Below are positions 32,438 to 41,759 of a stretch of 42,634 nt of DNA, in pieces; within the stretch, counting starts at the first letter, position 1; each line of letters begins with the position of its first letter. Source of the stretch: Bdellovibrionota bacterium (GTDB taxonomy: Bacteria > JAGRBM01). Location: assembly GCA_040758475.1 (NCBI GenBank), contig JBFLVN010000002.1, forward strand, positions 1-42,634, written 5' to 3'. The notes beneath the pieces were generated by a model, which was not told the DNA's origin, searched no databases, and was given only the letters and a program-made list of their open reading frames with translations. The position numbers and the translations under genes are program-made.

Positions 32438-35400
32438 TTATTGCGGCCCCGGGGGGAGGGGTTCTCCTTCTTCTAGCCGCACGGTGGGATCCTGCCACGA
32501 GCCGGATATCGGGACCGGAATGGCCAGGAGGCTCACCCGCTTGTCGGTGAACATCCGGAGGAGGGGAATCTGATTGAGGGCGAAATCGACCGGCTGCCCG
32601 ATCTTGACGAGGGCGATCATGGACATCTTTTGAGTGGCGAAGTTGATGTCCCCCCGGGTCCGGATGCTGAACTTGGGGGAATCGAAAAGCAGCTCGTTCG
32701 TCTTGGCGACGCCGCCCCGGATTTTGAACTCTCCTGAAATCTCATTGAAGGGAACGCCTCCTTCATATTTGTCCTGCTTCCATTGGAGCGCTGTCAGGAT
32801 TCTCGCGAGCACCTGTACTTTCTTGACGTCGACGATGCGGCCGCCATAGGCCCGCAACTTGATCTGCCCCAGGGCGCTTTGGATTCGTTCTTCGCGGTTG
32901 GTGCCTTCGAAGGAGATGCTTCCCTGGAGGTCCAGGCGCCCCTCGACGGACTGGGAGGGGAAGTTGAGAACGTCGAGAAGGGGGGGGATGTCCACGCCCG
33001 TGAGGTTGGGCTCCAGAGCGATCCCCCAGATCCCCTCGCGCCGCCGTTCGAGAAGGCCGTTGTCGATGCGGTACTGGCCGCCAGGGCCTTCGAAGACGAG
33101 GGTCTGGAAGCTTAAGGAATCGGGGACCGCCCGCATGGTGGAAATAAGATTGCGCCCCGTGAGACGGTCGTAGCGGAAGGAACTAGCGGAAACGTTTATT
33201 TCCATTTCGCCGTCCCGGAGCAGTTCGAGGGGGGTAACGAAGTTGAAGGACAGGGCCGGCGCGGATGTTTCTTCTCCGGCGGGTTCTTCGTCCGGCGGGG
33301 GAGGAGCGGTGGCGGCCGGGAGGCGGGCGGGATCGACGCTGGCCAGAAGGTCCGCGACGTCGAGATAGAGGGATTTGACTTCCAGGCGCGCCCCCGGCTT
33401 GCCGCCCACGCGATCAGCGACTCCCTCCACGCGCAGGTCCGAGGTGTTGTAAACCCCTTGGCATCCGAGATCGTCCCGCCCGGAAGCGTCCAGGAGAAAA
33501 ACGCAATTTAGTTCTTCGACCGGGTGGCGCAGAAAGGGAGTGGTCAGGGTCGCCCCCTTCACGTGGACGCTTCCCTGGACTTTCACCGGTCCGCCCACGG
33601 AGGGATCGTACTGAAGACGCAGGTTGCGCAGGGAGACGAGCCCTTGGGTGCCGTACCCCATGTCGCCGGCCCACGCCCGTACGATGGGTTCGATGAAAAG
33701 GTTTTCTCCTTCGAAGGAACCTTCGATGGAAGGGTTGTCCGATTGCGGGTGGCTCACCGTAAGCGAGAGGCGCACGGGGGAGTTTCCGCAGGTACCCGTG
33801 AGCAGGCTCGTTTCAAGGGATTCGTGGGAGAAGGAAAGGGTCCCTTTCACGCCGCGCAAGTCGAGCCCGGCCGCCTCGAAGGGGATGTCCACCCCGAGGA
33901 GCCCCAGTTCCCCCTCGTAGCGGAAATCACCCGTGCCCAGGTGCATTTCCATGTGGGCGTCGGCTTCCGCGCTTCCGGAGGCTTTCCGCAAGGGGGCGAT
34001 CGCGTTGCGGAAACCGGGGAACGCGTAGCGCGGTACCACCCGAGCGAGGGCAGAGAGGGGGACCGTGCCGTCCAGGTCCAGTTCCAGGAACGGTTCCTCG
34101 AAAGGCCGGGGGAAGCCGCCGTCGAAGCGAAGCGGGACGAGGGCGTCCACGTTCGCGCGCATTCCCTCGAAGAAAACCGCCGAACGCTGAAACCGGAACT
34201 TCCCGGTGAGGTCGGTTAGTTCTGGTCCTCCCGAGCCACGGCCCACGCGCATCGTCATCCCGACGAAATCTCCTTCCGCCCGGAAGTGGTCCCAATCCGT
34301 GTGGGCTTCGTTGCCGTCGAAGCGGGCTTGCTGGTTGACGATGACGCGGCTGGCCCCGCCCAGGCGTTCGAGCCGTTCCCGCAGGGTGGAGGAGAGATCG
34401 TGGGGCAGCCGGTTCCAGGGGAAATACTCGAAGTGCTTTTCCCACCGGACGTTGTCCAGATCGAGGTCCATCGCGAAACGGAAACCCGGCTCGTCCTCGG
34501 CGAAGGCGAAAGAGAGGCGCACGAGGCGCAGCCCCATCCCGTTGAGGTCCCCCCGGTGAATCCGGACCTCATAGGTATTTCCCTGCCGCTCGAACTCGAA
34601 GGGGAAGCGCACCGTGGCTGGTTCGAGGGGGACGACCCAAAGCTGCGGCCAGTGGCCGCGCACCTGTTTGCCGTCCAGGGCGCCTTCGATGAGGAAGTGC
34701 TTGAGGGGGTTCCCGACGGCCGAAAACTCGCCCGAAACGATTCCCCGTTCCAGGTTCGTGCGGGGCCACCAGCCCATCCGTTCGAGCCACCCCAGGTCGA
34801 TCTCCGCGAGCCGCCCCCGGAACGCGAGCTGGGAGCTTTGAGGATCGAAATCCTCGGAACGGAAAGTGACGCTTCCTTCGATGTCGAAAGTCCCGGTCCG
34901 GCTCGCGCCGGTCTGAAGGGAACTGCTCACGGAAATCTCGATCGGTGTGAGGGGGCGAAGACCCTGGACCGAAAGGGATAGATTCGATAGTTCGATGATG
35001 TTGGCTCCGTGGGAAGGTGGCGCGCCTTCAGCCGTTTTAGGGAATTCGTCGATGTAGAGGATTTTCCCTTCCTCGATCCGGAGAAACTGGATGGGCGAGG
35101 CCTTCAGGGCTTTTTGCAAAGTGGTTTGAGCGTCATCGGCGGTTTTCCCCTGACCCCCGAACCGCTCGAAGACATCGTCGAAATTGGTCGTTTCTCCGCG
35201 GCGGTGGATTTCCAGGAAAGGCGCCTCCAGCCGGATGCCGGCCAGTTCGATCCGCCCACGGTCCAGCAGAAAGGGGAGGAGCTTGATGACGAACGTCGCC
35301 GAATCGGCGCGGATGGCTTCCCCTTTGCCGCCGGCTTCAAAGAGGATGAAGTCCCGGCCCTTGAATCCGAGCCCTCCCGAAAGGTCCAGGGCGAGGCGGC

Positions 35401-35560
35401 TCACGGAGGCTTTGCGGCCGGTTTCCTTCTCGATGGTCTGGAGAAGGAGCGGGATCTGCCCCGTGAGGTCCAGCATCCTTGGCAGCACGAAGAGCGTGCC
35501 CAAGGCCAGGGCCAGGACGATTCCCGTCACCCAGAGGAGAAAACGAAGAGTGATCCTCAC
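32438..35560 (-). CDS. AsmA-family (YhdP/AsmA-like) large envelope protein
   Basis: Track ORF trimmed to GTG 35560, which overlaps the upstream stop as GTGA. N-terminal TM helix is ITLRFLLWVTGIVLALALGTLFVLP, followed by SVSRLALDLSGGLGFKGRDFILF typical of AsmA N-termini. The C-terminal region FNEISGEFKIRGGVAKTNELLFDSPKFSIRTRGDINFATQKMSMIALV...ISGSWQDPTV resembles AsmA/YhdP C-termini. Confidence 0.75.
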   Translation of the reverse strand: MRITLRFLLWVTGIVLALALGTLFVLPRMLDLTGQIPLLLQTIEKETGRKASVSRLALDLSGGLGFKGRDFILFEAGGKGEAIRADSATFVIKLLPFLLDRGRIELAGIRLEAPFLEIHRRGETTNFDDVFERFGGQGKTADDAQTTLQKALKASPIQFLRIEEGKILYIDEFPKTAEGAPPSHGANIIELSNLSLSVQGLRPLTPIEISVSSSLQTGASRTGTFDIEGSVTFRSEDFDPQSSQLAFRGRLAEIDLGWLERMGWWPRTNLERGIVSGEFSAVGNPLKHFLIEGALDGKQVRGHWPQLWVVPLEPATVRFPFEFERQGNTYEVRIHRGDLNGMGLRLVRLSFAFAEDEPGFRFAMDLDLDNVRWEKHFEYFPWNRLPHDLSSTLRERLERLGGASRVIVNQQARFDGNEAHTDWDHFRAEGDFVGMTMRVGRGSGGPELTDLTGKFRFQRSAVFFEGMRANVDALVPLRFDGGFPRPFEEPFLELDLDGTVPLSALARVVPRYAFPGFRNAIAPLRKASGSAEADAHMEMHLGTGDFRYEGELGLLGVDIPFEAAGLDLRGVKGTLSFSHESLETSLLTGTCGNSPVRLSLTVSHPQSDNPSIEGSFEGENLFIEPIVRAWAGDMGYGTQGLVSLRNLRLQYDPSVGGPVKVQGSVHVKGATLTTPFLRHPVEELNCVFLLDASGRDDLGCQGVYNTSDLRVEGVADRVGGKPGARLEVKSLYLDVADLLASVDPARLPAATAPPPPDEEPAGEETSAPALSFNFVTPLELLRDGEMEINVSASSFRYDRLTGRNLISTMRAVPDSLSFQTLVFEGPGGQYRIDNGLLERRREGIWGIALEPNLTGVDIPPLLDVLNFPSQSVEGRLDLQGSISFEGTNREERIQSALGQIKLRAYGGRIVDVKKVQVLARILTALQWKQDKYEGGVPFNEISGEFKIRGGVAKTNELLFDSPKFSIRTRGDINFATQKMSMIALVKIGQPVDFALNQIPLLRMFTDKRVSLLAIPVPISGSWQDPTVRLEEGEPLPPGPQ

Positions 35561-36372
35561 GCCTTGCGTTCCTCCGCGCGGCGCTCGATAAAGGCGGGGA
35601 GTTTTTGCCGCACGTCGTCGATTCGCGGAAGGGAGATTTCCGCCGTGATCAGAGTTTCCGGAATTTCCGCCGCGAAGGCGAGGCTCTCTCCCCAGGGATC
35701 CAGGATTTCCGAGGCGCCGGGAAAAGGCGTCCCTTCCATCGAGCCCGTCCGGTTGCAGGCGGCCACGTAGAACTGGTTCTCGATCGCCCGCGCCTTGAGG
35801 AGGGCCCGCCAGTGGCCCGCCCGCTCGGAAGGCCACTGGGCCGGTACGAGGAGAAGCGACGCCCCTTCAAAAGCCAGCCGTCCGATCCACTCGGGGAAGC
35901 GGATGTCGTAGCAGATGGCCATCCCTACAAGGGCCCCCTGCCAGCGGACGAGCGGCTGGGCGTCGGCGGGGCCGGGCCGGTAGAAAAGGTGTTCGTGACC
36001 CAGGCGGATGAGGTGCCGTTTGGGGTAGCGAAGCAGCCGCTCGCCTTTTTCATCGATGAAAAAGCCACTGTTCTCGTAAACCCCCGGCGCGTCCGCGCCT
36101 TCGACGAGCGATCCGGCCACGGCCAGGTTCATTTCCCGGGCGGCCTTGGCGAAGCGGCCCAGGGCTTCCTTGGAATGGGCCACGATCTCCTTGGCCTTGT
36201 GGAAGGTGAAGTTGGTCGTAAAGCCTTCGGGGAGGAGGGCGAGGTGGGGCCTTCCCGGGCCCACCTTTTCCAGAAGCGAGAGGGCCTTGGAGACGTTTTC
36301 CTCCATCCTCCCCAGTTTCACGTCGAACTGGAGGGCGCTCACGAAGAGCGTTTGGGAGGGTTGGGAAGGCAT
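35557..36372 (-). CDS. Carbon-nitrogen hydrolase (nitrilase superfamily) protein
   Basis: The 271-aa ORF has catalytic-triad contexts LALLPEGF (Glu), RYPKRHL (Lys) and GMAICYDIRFPEW (Cys). No signal peptide or TM segment. Confidence 0.9.
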   Translation of the reverse strand: MPSQPSQTLFVSALQFDVKLGRMEENVSKALSLLEKVGPGRPHLALLPEGFTTNFTFHKAKEIVAHSKEALGRFAKAAREMNLAVAGSLVEGADAPGVYENSGFFIDEKGERLLRYPKRHLIRLGHEHLFYRPGPADAQPLVRWQGALVGMAICYDIRFPEWIGRLAFEGASLLLVPAQWPSERAGHWRALLKARAIENQFYVAACNRTGSMEGTPFPGASEILDPWGESLAFAAEIPETLITAEISLPRIDDVRQKLPAFIERRAEERKA

Positions 36373-36569
36373 CCTGAAAGGGCCTCGCTTGTACGGCCGG
36401 GGGCCGTACGGGACTATCTATTACTACTGTATTTCTAACGTACTGACGGGCTTCGTTGACAGGGCGAGGAGGGGTGGTCTAAAGGTGGGGAGCTTTCGCT
36501 GAACAAAGATTCAGTGAAACGCCCCGGCCTTCGGGCCCAGGTAAATTCCAATTATACAAGGTGAAATTT

Positions 36570-37700
36570 ATGGTGGACCTCGCTCTTTCGGACGATGAGA
36601 AGCTCGTTCAGGAGACCATGGCCCGGTTCGCGCGGGACGAACTGCGGACCCTGGCGACGGACGCCGACCGGCTCGAAAAAGCGCCCGACGAAATCCTTCG
36701 GAAGGGGCATGTGGACCTCGCCCTGGCGGCCATGTCGATCCCGGAAGCCTTCGGCGGCGCGTGGGACGGCTCCCCCCATCAGGTCCAACTGGCCATCCGG
36801 CTTGAGACCCTCGGGAACGGCTGCGCGGGCCTCGCGCTCGCCATGCCGGGCCCCGGTCTTGCGGCACCGGCCCTGGTCAAAGGGATTGCGACGGACGATC
36901 AGGCCAAGAAAATTCTAGCTCCCTTTGCGGAAGACAAACCCGTCTGGGCGGCCCTGGCTCTCGTCGAGGCGGACGCTGGCGCGGATTTTTCGGCCTTCGA
37001 TTGTGTCGCGGAGAAATCCGGCAGCGGCTGGATCGTGCGCGGCCGCAAGACCCCCGTCGTCAACGCCGCCCGCGCGCAGGGATACGTCGTCGTTGCCAAG
37101 GCGCCGGACGGCCTTCGGGTGCTGTGGGTGGCTCGCGAGCAAGCGGCCGTCAAAGTGAAGGAAGGAAAATACGTGGGCCTTCGCGCGGCGGGGATGGGGG
37201 ATGTGACGTTTGAAAATGCTGTGGCCGAACTCCTGGGCGCCGACGATGCTAAAGCCCACGAGCAGGCGGCCAAGCTCCTCCTCGATTACGCCCGGCTCTC
37301 GGTGGCGGCTCTCGCCGCCGGCGTCGCCAAGGCAGCCCTCGACACGGCCATCGAATTTTCGAAAACCCGTGTCCAGTTCGGCGAGCCCATCGGCCAGAAG
37401 CAGGGCATCGCTTTCCTGGAAGCCGACATGGCCATGGAGGCCGAAGGGGCGCGCCTCATGGTCTACCGGGCCGCTTCACTCGCGGCTGCCGGAAAGAATT
37501 TCTCCGCCTCCGCCGCCCGCGCTCACGCTTACGCTTGCCAGGCAGCGGCCCACGCCACCCTGGACGCGGTGCAGATCCACGGCGGTTACGGCTTCATCCG
37601 GGAATACCCCGTCGAGAAATGGATGCGCGATGCCAAGGCCCTGTGCCTCATCGCCGGAAGCCCCGGGGATTCGCTGCAAACCGCGGGCGCTTTGCTCTAA
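36570..37700 (+). CDS. Acyl-CoA dehydrogenase family protein, probably a non-catalytic partner subunit
   Basis: ATG 36570 has AAGGTG 6 nt upstream. The ACAD fold is evident (FSKTRVQFGEPIGQKQGIAFLEADMAMEAEGARLM, QIHGGYGFIREYPVEKWMRDAK). However, TEPxAGSD is degenerate (VEADAGAD), and the C-terminal Y/FEGT catalytic-base motif is replaced by LIAGSPG. Confidence 0.8.
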   Translation: MVDLALSDDEKLVQETMARFARDELRTLATDADRLEKAPDEILRKGHVDLALAAMSIPEAFGGAWDGSPHQVQLAIRLETLGNGCAGLALAMPGPGLAAPALVKGIATDDQAKKILAPFAEDKPVWAALALVEADAGADFSAFDCVAEKSGSGWIVRGRKTPVVNAARAQGYVVVAKAPDGLRVLWVAREQAAVKVKEGKYVGLRAAGMGDVTFENAVAELLGADDAKAHEQAAKLLLDYARLSVAALAAGVAKAALDTAIEFSKTRVQFGEPIGQKQGIAFLEADMAMEAEGARLMVYRAASLAAAGKNFSASAARAHAYACQAAAHATLDAVQIHGGYGFIREYPVEKWMRDAKALCLIAGSPGDSLQTAGALL

Positions 37701-37726
37701 TTCTTTTGCAAGGAACGGAGATCATC

Positions 37727-38977
37727 ATGAACTTCGAACTCGATCCGATGCTTCTGGGTGTAAAGAGCGCCGTCCAGGCTTTCGCCCAATTCCAGATCCG
37801 CCCGGCGGCCCGCAAGTACGACGAACTCCAGGAAATGCCCTGGGATATCATGAAGAAGGCGGCCCAGATGGGCCTCTCGGTCACGGGCAGCATGGGGGGC
37901 GCCGGTGGGCTTGGGGAAATCCAATTGGGCTCCGGCGACGGGAAGGGCGGCGATGCGGCCAAGGCGGCCAAGCCCAAGAACCCGCTGGCGGCCGCGGCTA
38001 ATCTTCTGGGGGCCGTCGGCGCGGAAGAACTTGGCTGGGGCTGCGCGGGCATTGGCCTCGCCCTCGTGGGCTCGGGGCTCGCGGCGACGCCCGTTCAAGG
38101 CATGGCCAACCCGGAGCAGAAGAAAGTCTTCTTCGACGCCCTCAAGGGCGACGACGAGCACGGCCACCCGCGCATCGCGGCCATGGGCATGACCGAACCC
38201 AACTCGGGAAGCGATATTTCCTCCATCAAAACGACGGCCGTGGCCGACGGCGATTACTACGTTTTGAACGGCACGAAGCGTTTTATCACGAACGGCTACT
38301 CGGCCAGTTCCTTCGTCATTTGGGCTACGATCGATCCGGGCGCCGGACGCGCCGGGCACCGGGCGTTCATCATTATCCGCGGCACGCCGGGCCTCGTTCC
38401 CGGGAAGAAGGAAGACAAGCTCGGCATCCGGGCTTCGGAAACGGCCGAGGTCTATTTAGAGGACTGCCGCGTCCACAAGGACATGATGATGGGCGGCCCC
38501 AAGGGCGGGAAGGAAGGATTCTCCGGCGCCAAGGCCATGTTCGATTCGACCCGTCCCCTTGTGGGCGCCATGGCCCTGGGCATCGGCCGATCGGCCTATG
38601 ACTTTGCCGTCGATTGGTGCAAGAAGCACAAGAAAGCCGGAAAACCCTTGATCGAAGACCGCGTGGTCCGCGAGCGCCTCGCCCGCATGGCTTCCCGCAT
38701 CGACGCCGCCCGGTGGCTCGTCTGGGAAGCCGCCTGGATGGCCGACCGCAAAGTAACGAACGTGAAAGAAGCCTCCATGGCCAAGGCCTACGCCGCCGTC
38801 GTGAGCACGGAGGCTTGCGTGGATGCCATCGACATCTGCGGCCCCGAGGCCCTCTCCCGCGAATTCCTCCTCGAGAAATTCTTCCGCGACATCAAGATCT
38901 ACGACATCTTCGAGGGGACGGGGCAGATTCAGCGCCGCATTATCGCGCGGGAACTCACGGGGCTCAAAGCGCAGTAA
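37727..38977 (+). CDS. Acyl-CoA dehydrogenase (catalytic-type) with a Gly-rich insertion in the N-terminal domain
   Basis: Trimmed to ATG 37727 (GGAG RBS). Motifs are GMTEPNSGSDISSIKTTAV..YVLNGTKRFITNG, DKLGIRASETAEVYLEDCRV, and the catalytic-base motif IYDIFEGTGQIQRRIIAREL. Confidence 0.9.
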   Translation: MNFELDPMLLGVKSAVQAFAQFQIRPAARKYDELQEMPWDIMKKAAQMGLSVTGSMGGAGGLGEIQLGSGDGKGGDAAKAAKPKNPLAAAANLLGAVGAEELGWGCAGIGLALVGSGLAATPVQGMANPEQKKVFFDALKGDDEHGHPRIAAMGMTEPNSGSDISSIKTTAVADGDYYVLNGTKRFITNGYSASSFVIWATIDPGAGRAGHRAFIIIRGTPGLVPGKKEDKLGIRASETAEVYLEDCRVHKDMMMGGPKGGKEGFSGAKAMFDSTRPLVGAMALGIGRSAYDFAVDWCKKHKKAGKPLIEDRVVRERLARMASRIDAARWLVWEAAWMADRKVTNVKEASMAKAYAAVVSTEACVDAIDICGPEALSREFLLEKFFRDIKIYDIFEGTGQIQRRIIARELTGLKAQ

Positions 38978-39003
38978 GATTTTCGCATTGGGTTGAAAGA
39001 GAA

Positions 39004-39035
39004 GGGGCTGGCCTTTGGCCAGCCCCTGTTTGTAT
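39004..39035. terminator. Bidirectional intrinsic terminator between convergent genes
   Basis: Stem GGGGCTGGCC (39004-39013) pairs with GGCCAGCCCC (39017-39026). It is followed by TGTTTGTAT on the plus strand and preceded by GAAAGAGAA, which reads as a T-rich tract on the minus strand. Confidence 0.6.
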
Positions 39036-39074
39036 CGGACCGTTCTTGAAGTTTAGAACGAGATGCCGAGTCTT

Positions 39075-39725
39075 TTATTCCGTCCAGCTAGCCAGGGTAT
39101 CTCCCTCGAAGTTGAGGTAGACGAGCCGCTTTTCGCCGCGCTGGTAGACCCAGATTTCGGTGGTGGCCCCGGGGGATTTGGATTCGACCTGCTTGTAGGG
39201 CTCACCCCAGGCGATGAGGACTTGGGCGCGGCTCATTCCGACCTGGATTTCCCGGGCGAGGAGGCGGCGGCGCGTATCTTCCGGAATCTTTTCCCACTCG
39301 GCCGCTTCGGCGGCGGTAAGGAGCAGGTGGAGCTTGAGGCCGCTCGCGGCGGGGATGAGGCATTCGGCCTGATCTTTTTGCAGGACGGCCTTTACCCAGG
39401 GGCCCGGGAGTTTGTCGAAGTAAACGACTTCCTTCGCCAGGAGTTTTTCCCCGGGTTCGATCTTTCGCAGGATTTCGCCCCCCGTCGCGGGAAGTTCGGC
39501 TGCGGTCAGGAGGCGTCCGCCGCGCTGGGAGAAGCATTCGTAGGCCGTCCCACGGGGGCGGTCGGGATAGTACACGAGATAACCCTCCCGCACTGGGGCG
39601 ATCTCCGTGTCCTTGTAGGCGCTATATAGGTCGCTATCGAAGGCCGGCCGGGCCACCGCCGCACAGGAAGAGAGCAGGAAGGGGAGAAAAAGGGCGATCC
39701 GGCGGAATTTTCGCATTGCTCGCAT
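39075..39725 (-). CDS. Lipoprotein of unknown function with BamE/SmpA-like C-terminal segment
   Basis: Lipobox is FLPFLLSSC. The C-terminus IQVGMSRAQVLIAWGEPYKQVE...IWVYQRGEKRLVYLNFEGDTLASW resembles the SmpA/OmlA fold pattern. Confidence 0.6.
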   Translation of the reverse strand: MRAMRKFRRIALFLPFLLSSCAAVARPAFDSDLYSAYKDTEIAPVREGYLVYYPDRPRGTAYECFSQRGGRLLTAAELPATGGEILRKIEPGEKLLAKEVVYFDKLPGPWVKAVLQKDQAECLIPAASGLKLHLLLTAAEAAEWEKIPEDTRRRLLAREIQVGMSRAQVLIAWGEPYKQVESKSPGATTEIWVYQRGEKRLVYLNFEGDTLASWTE

Positions 39726-39808
39726 TTCCCGGTTCGGATACTATGCCTCGCCAGTTGAAGCGTCAATCTGCTGTCGCTTGAAAACACGCCGCGAAGGAGT
39801 GATGGCGC

Positions 39809-40750
39809 GTGGCTGGTATCGCTGTAATTTCCAACCCGAACTCCGCCAAGAACCGCCGCAATCCCGTTCTCGCCGAGGAACTCCGCACCGCCTTGGGAAA
39901 GGACGGCTTCGTCACCGAGACGGCTTCCGTGGAAAAGGTTCCCGAAGCCGTCCGCGGGTTCCTCCGCCAGAACCCCGACGTCGTGGCGATCAACGGTGGT
40001 GATGGGACGCTTCATTGCACGATCACGCAGCTCGTCCGGATTTATGCGGAAGCGAACCGCCAGCTTCCGCTCATCCTTCTCCTTCGCGGCGGAACCATGA
40101 ACACGATTTCCAAGGGAATGAAGTCCCTGGCGGGGACGCCCCAATCCATTTTGGCGCACGTGCTCGGGAAATACCGCCGGGGAGAGAAGTTCTCCGTCGT
40201 CGAGCGCCACGCCCTCGATCTGAACCAAGGGAAGGAACTCGGCTTTCTCTTCGGGATCGGCCTTCCGCCCAACTTCCTGGAAGCCTATTACGACGGCGCC
40301 GTGCACGGCCCCATCAAGGGGGCTTACGTGCTGGGGCGCCTCGTCCTTTCGGCCCTCATCGGTGGCCAGTACTCCCGGCGCATCATCCGGCGCGTTCCGG
40401 CGGCCCTTTCGGCCGATGGCAAGGAATCGCCATACCGTTCCTACACGTGCATCCTGGCGGGCACCGTCACCGAAATCGGCCTCGGCTTTTCCCCCCTGGC
40501 CCGGACGCTCGACCGGGAGAACCATTTCCAGATTCTGGGGGCCGCCATCTCCCCCTGGTCCTTCGCCGCCCAGGTCGGAAGGATTTACACGGGCGCTCCG
40601 CTCCACGGGGCCATTTTCAACGAGGTGGCCAAGGACGTCTCCATTGAAGTCGAGGGGAGCCACCCCTACATGGTGGACGGCGACATCAAGAAGGGGCTTG
40701 GCGGCTATCGCCTCCGGGCCGGTCCCAAGGTGCGGTTTATCAAGGAATAG
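39809..40750 (+). CDS. Diacylglycerol-kinase catalytic-domain lipid kinase (YegS/BmrU-like)
   Basis: GTG start with GAAGGAG RBS. IAVISNPNSAKN is followed by DVVAINGGDGTLHCTIT, the GGDGT motif of the DAGK_cat/NAD-kinase fold. Confidence 0.8.
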   Translation: MAGIAVISNPNSAKNRRNPVLAEELRTALGKDGFVTETASVEKVPEAVRGFLRQNPDVVAINGGDGTLHCTITQLVRIYAEANRQLPLILLLRGGTMNTISKGMKSLAGTPQSILAHVLGKYRRGEKFSVVERHALDLNQGKELGFLFGIGLPPNFLEAYYDGAVHGPIKGAYVLGRLVLSALIGGQYSRRIIRRVPAALSADGKESPYRSYTCILAGTVTEIGLGFSPLARTLDRENHFQILGAAISPWSFAAQVGRIYTGAPLHGAIFNEVAKDVSIEVEGSHPYMVDGDIKKGLGGYRLRAGPKVRFIKE

Positions 40751-40866
40751 CCCTTCGATTCTCCTGCGGCTTGTGACATGATCGGCGCGGGCTGCGGCGC
40801 CCGGAATCCCCCCTTCGATCAAGCGCCGCCGGTCCTTTCAAGACAGATTTAATAAGGATGAAAGCA

Positions 40867-41730
40867 ATGTCCGGCGTCGTTGTGGGTGTGATCGGCGGCA
40901 GCGGTCTTTACGAAATGGAAGGCCTCGAAGAGGTCTCGGAAGTTTCCCTCGACACGCCTTTTGGAAAACCCTCCGACGCCTTCGTGAAGGGCCGCCTGGG
41001 CTCTGCGACGCTCTATTTCCTCCCCCGCCACGGGAAGGGCCACCGCTTTCTCCCCACGGAAGTTCCCTACCGGGCGAACGTCTGGGCTTTGAAGAAGCTC
41101 GGTGCCCAGCGGATTATTTCGGTCAGCGCCGTGGGAAGCATGAAGGAAGACATCGCGCCTGGGCACATGGTCCTGCCGGACCAGTTCATTGATTTGACCA
41201 AGCACCGGATGGGCACTTTTTTCGGCGATGGCTGCGTCGCCCACGTGGGTTATGCCGATCCGGTTTGCCCCCATCTCTCCCAGGTGCTGGAAACTGCTTG
41301 CAAGGAAGTGAAAGTCCCCGTCCACCGGGGCGGAACGTACGTGTGCATCGAGGGGCCCCAGTTCTCGACCCGGGCCGAATCGCTCCTCTACCGGAGCTGG
41401 GGCGTTTCGGTCATCGGCATGACGAACGCGACCGAAGCCAAGCTGGCCCGGGAGGCGGGGCTCTCCTATGCGACCCTCGCCCTGAGTACGGATTACGACT
41501 GCTGGCGGCCGGGGCACGAAGCCGTGACGGCCGATGAAATCGTGAAAGTCCTTCTTCAGAACGTGGCGAACGCGAAGAAGATCATCCGGGCCGCGGTTCC
41601 GAAAATCGAACCGCCTTCCAAAGTGCCGCTCCCCGAATCCCTCTCCAACGCCATCGTGACCGACCGGACGAAAATTACGGCGGAAACGCGAAAAAAGCTC
41701 GACCTGCTCATCGGCCCCTATCTCAAGTAG
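40867..41730 (+). CDS. mtnP: S-methyl-5'-thioadenosine phosphorylase
   Basis: VGVIGGSGLYEMEGLE..FGKPSDAFVKGRLGSATLYFLPRHGKGHRFLPTEVPYRANVWALKKLGAQRIISVSAVGS and VIGMTNATEAKLAREAG are typical of MTAP. ATG 40867 is preferred because AAGGA lies 7 nt upstream. Alternative in-frame ATG at 40858. Confidence 0.9.
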   Translation: MSGVVVGVIGGSGLYEMEGLEEVSEVSLDTPFGKPSDAFVKGRLGSATLYFLPRHGKGHRFLPTEVPYRANVWALKKLGAQRIISVSAVGSMKEDIAPGHMVLPDQFIDLTKHRMGTFFGDGCVAHVGYADPVCPHLSQVLETACKEVKVPVHRGGTYVCIEGPQFSTRAESLLYRSWGVSVIGMTNATEAKLAREAGLSYATLALSTDYDCWRPGHEAVTADEIVKVLLQNVANAKKIIRAAVPKIEPPSKVPLPESLSNAIVTDRTKITAETRKKLDLLIGPYLK

Positions 41731-41759
41731 CGCGTTCACTGCCTCGGAGGTTCTTGGAA

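Noticed and set aside
40753-40822. 9-nt direct repeat CCCTTCGAT (x2) upstream of mtnP
   Set aside because: It is a short, single duplication with no associated structure or known motif, and is likely coincidental.
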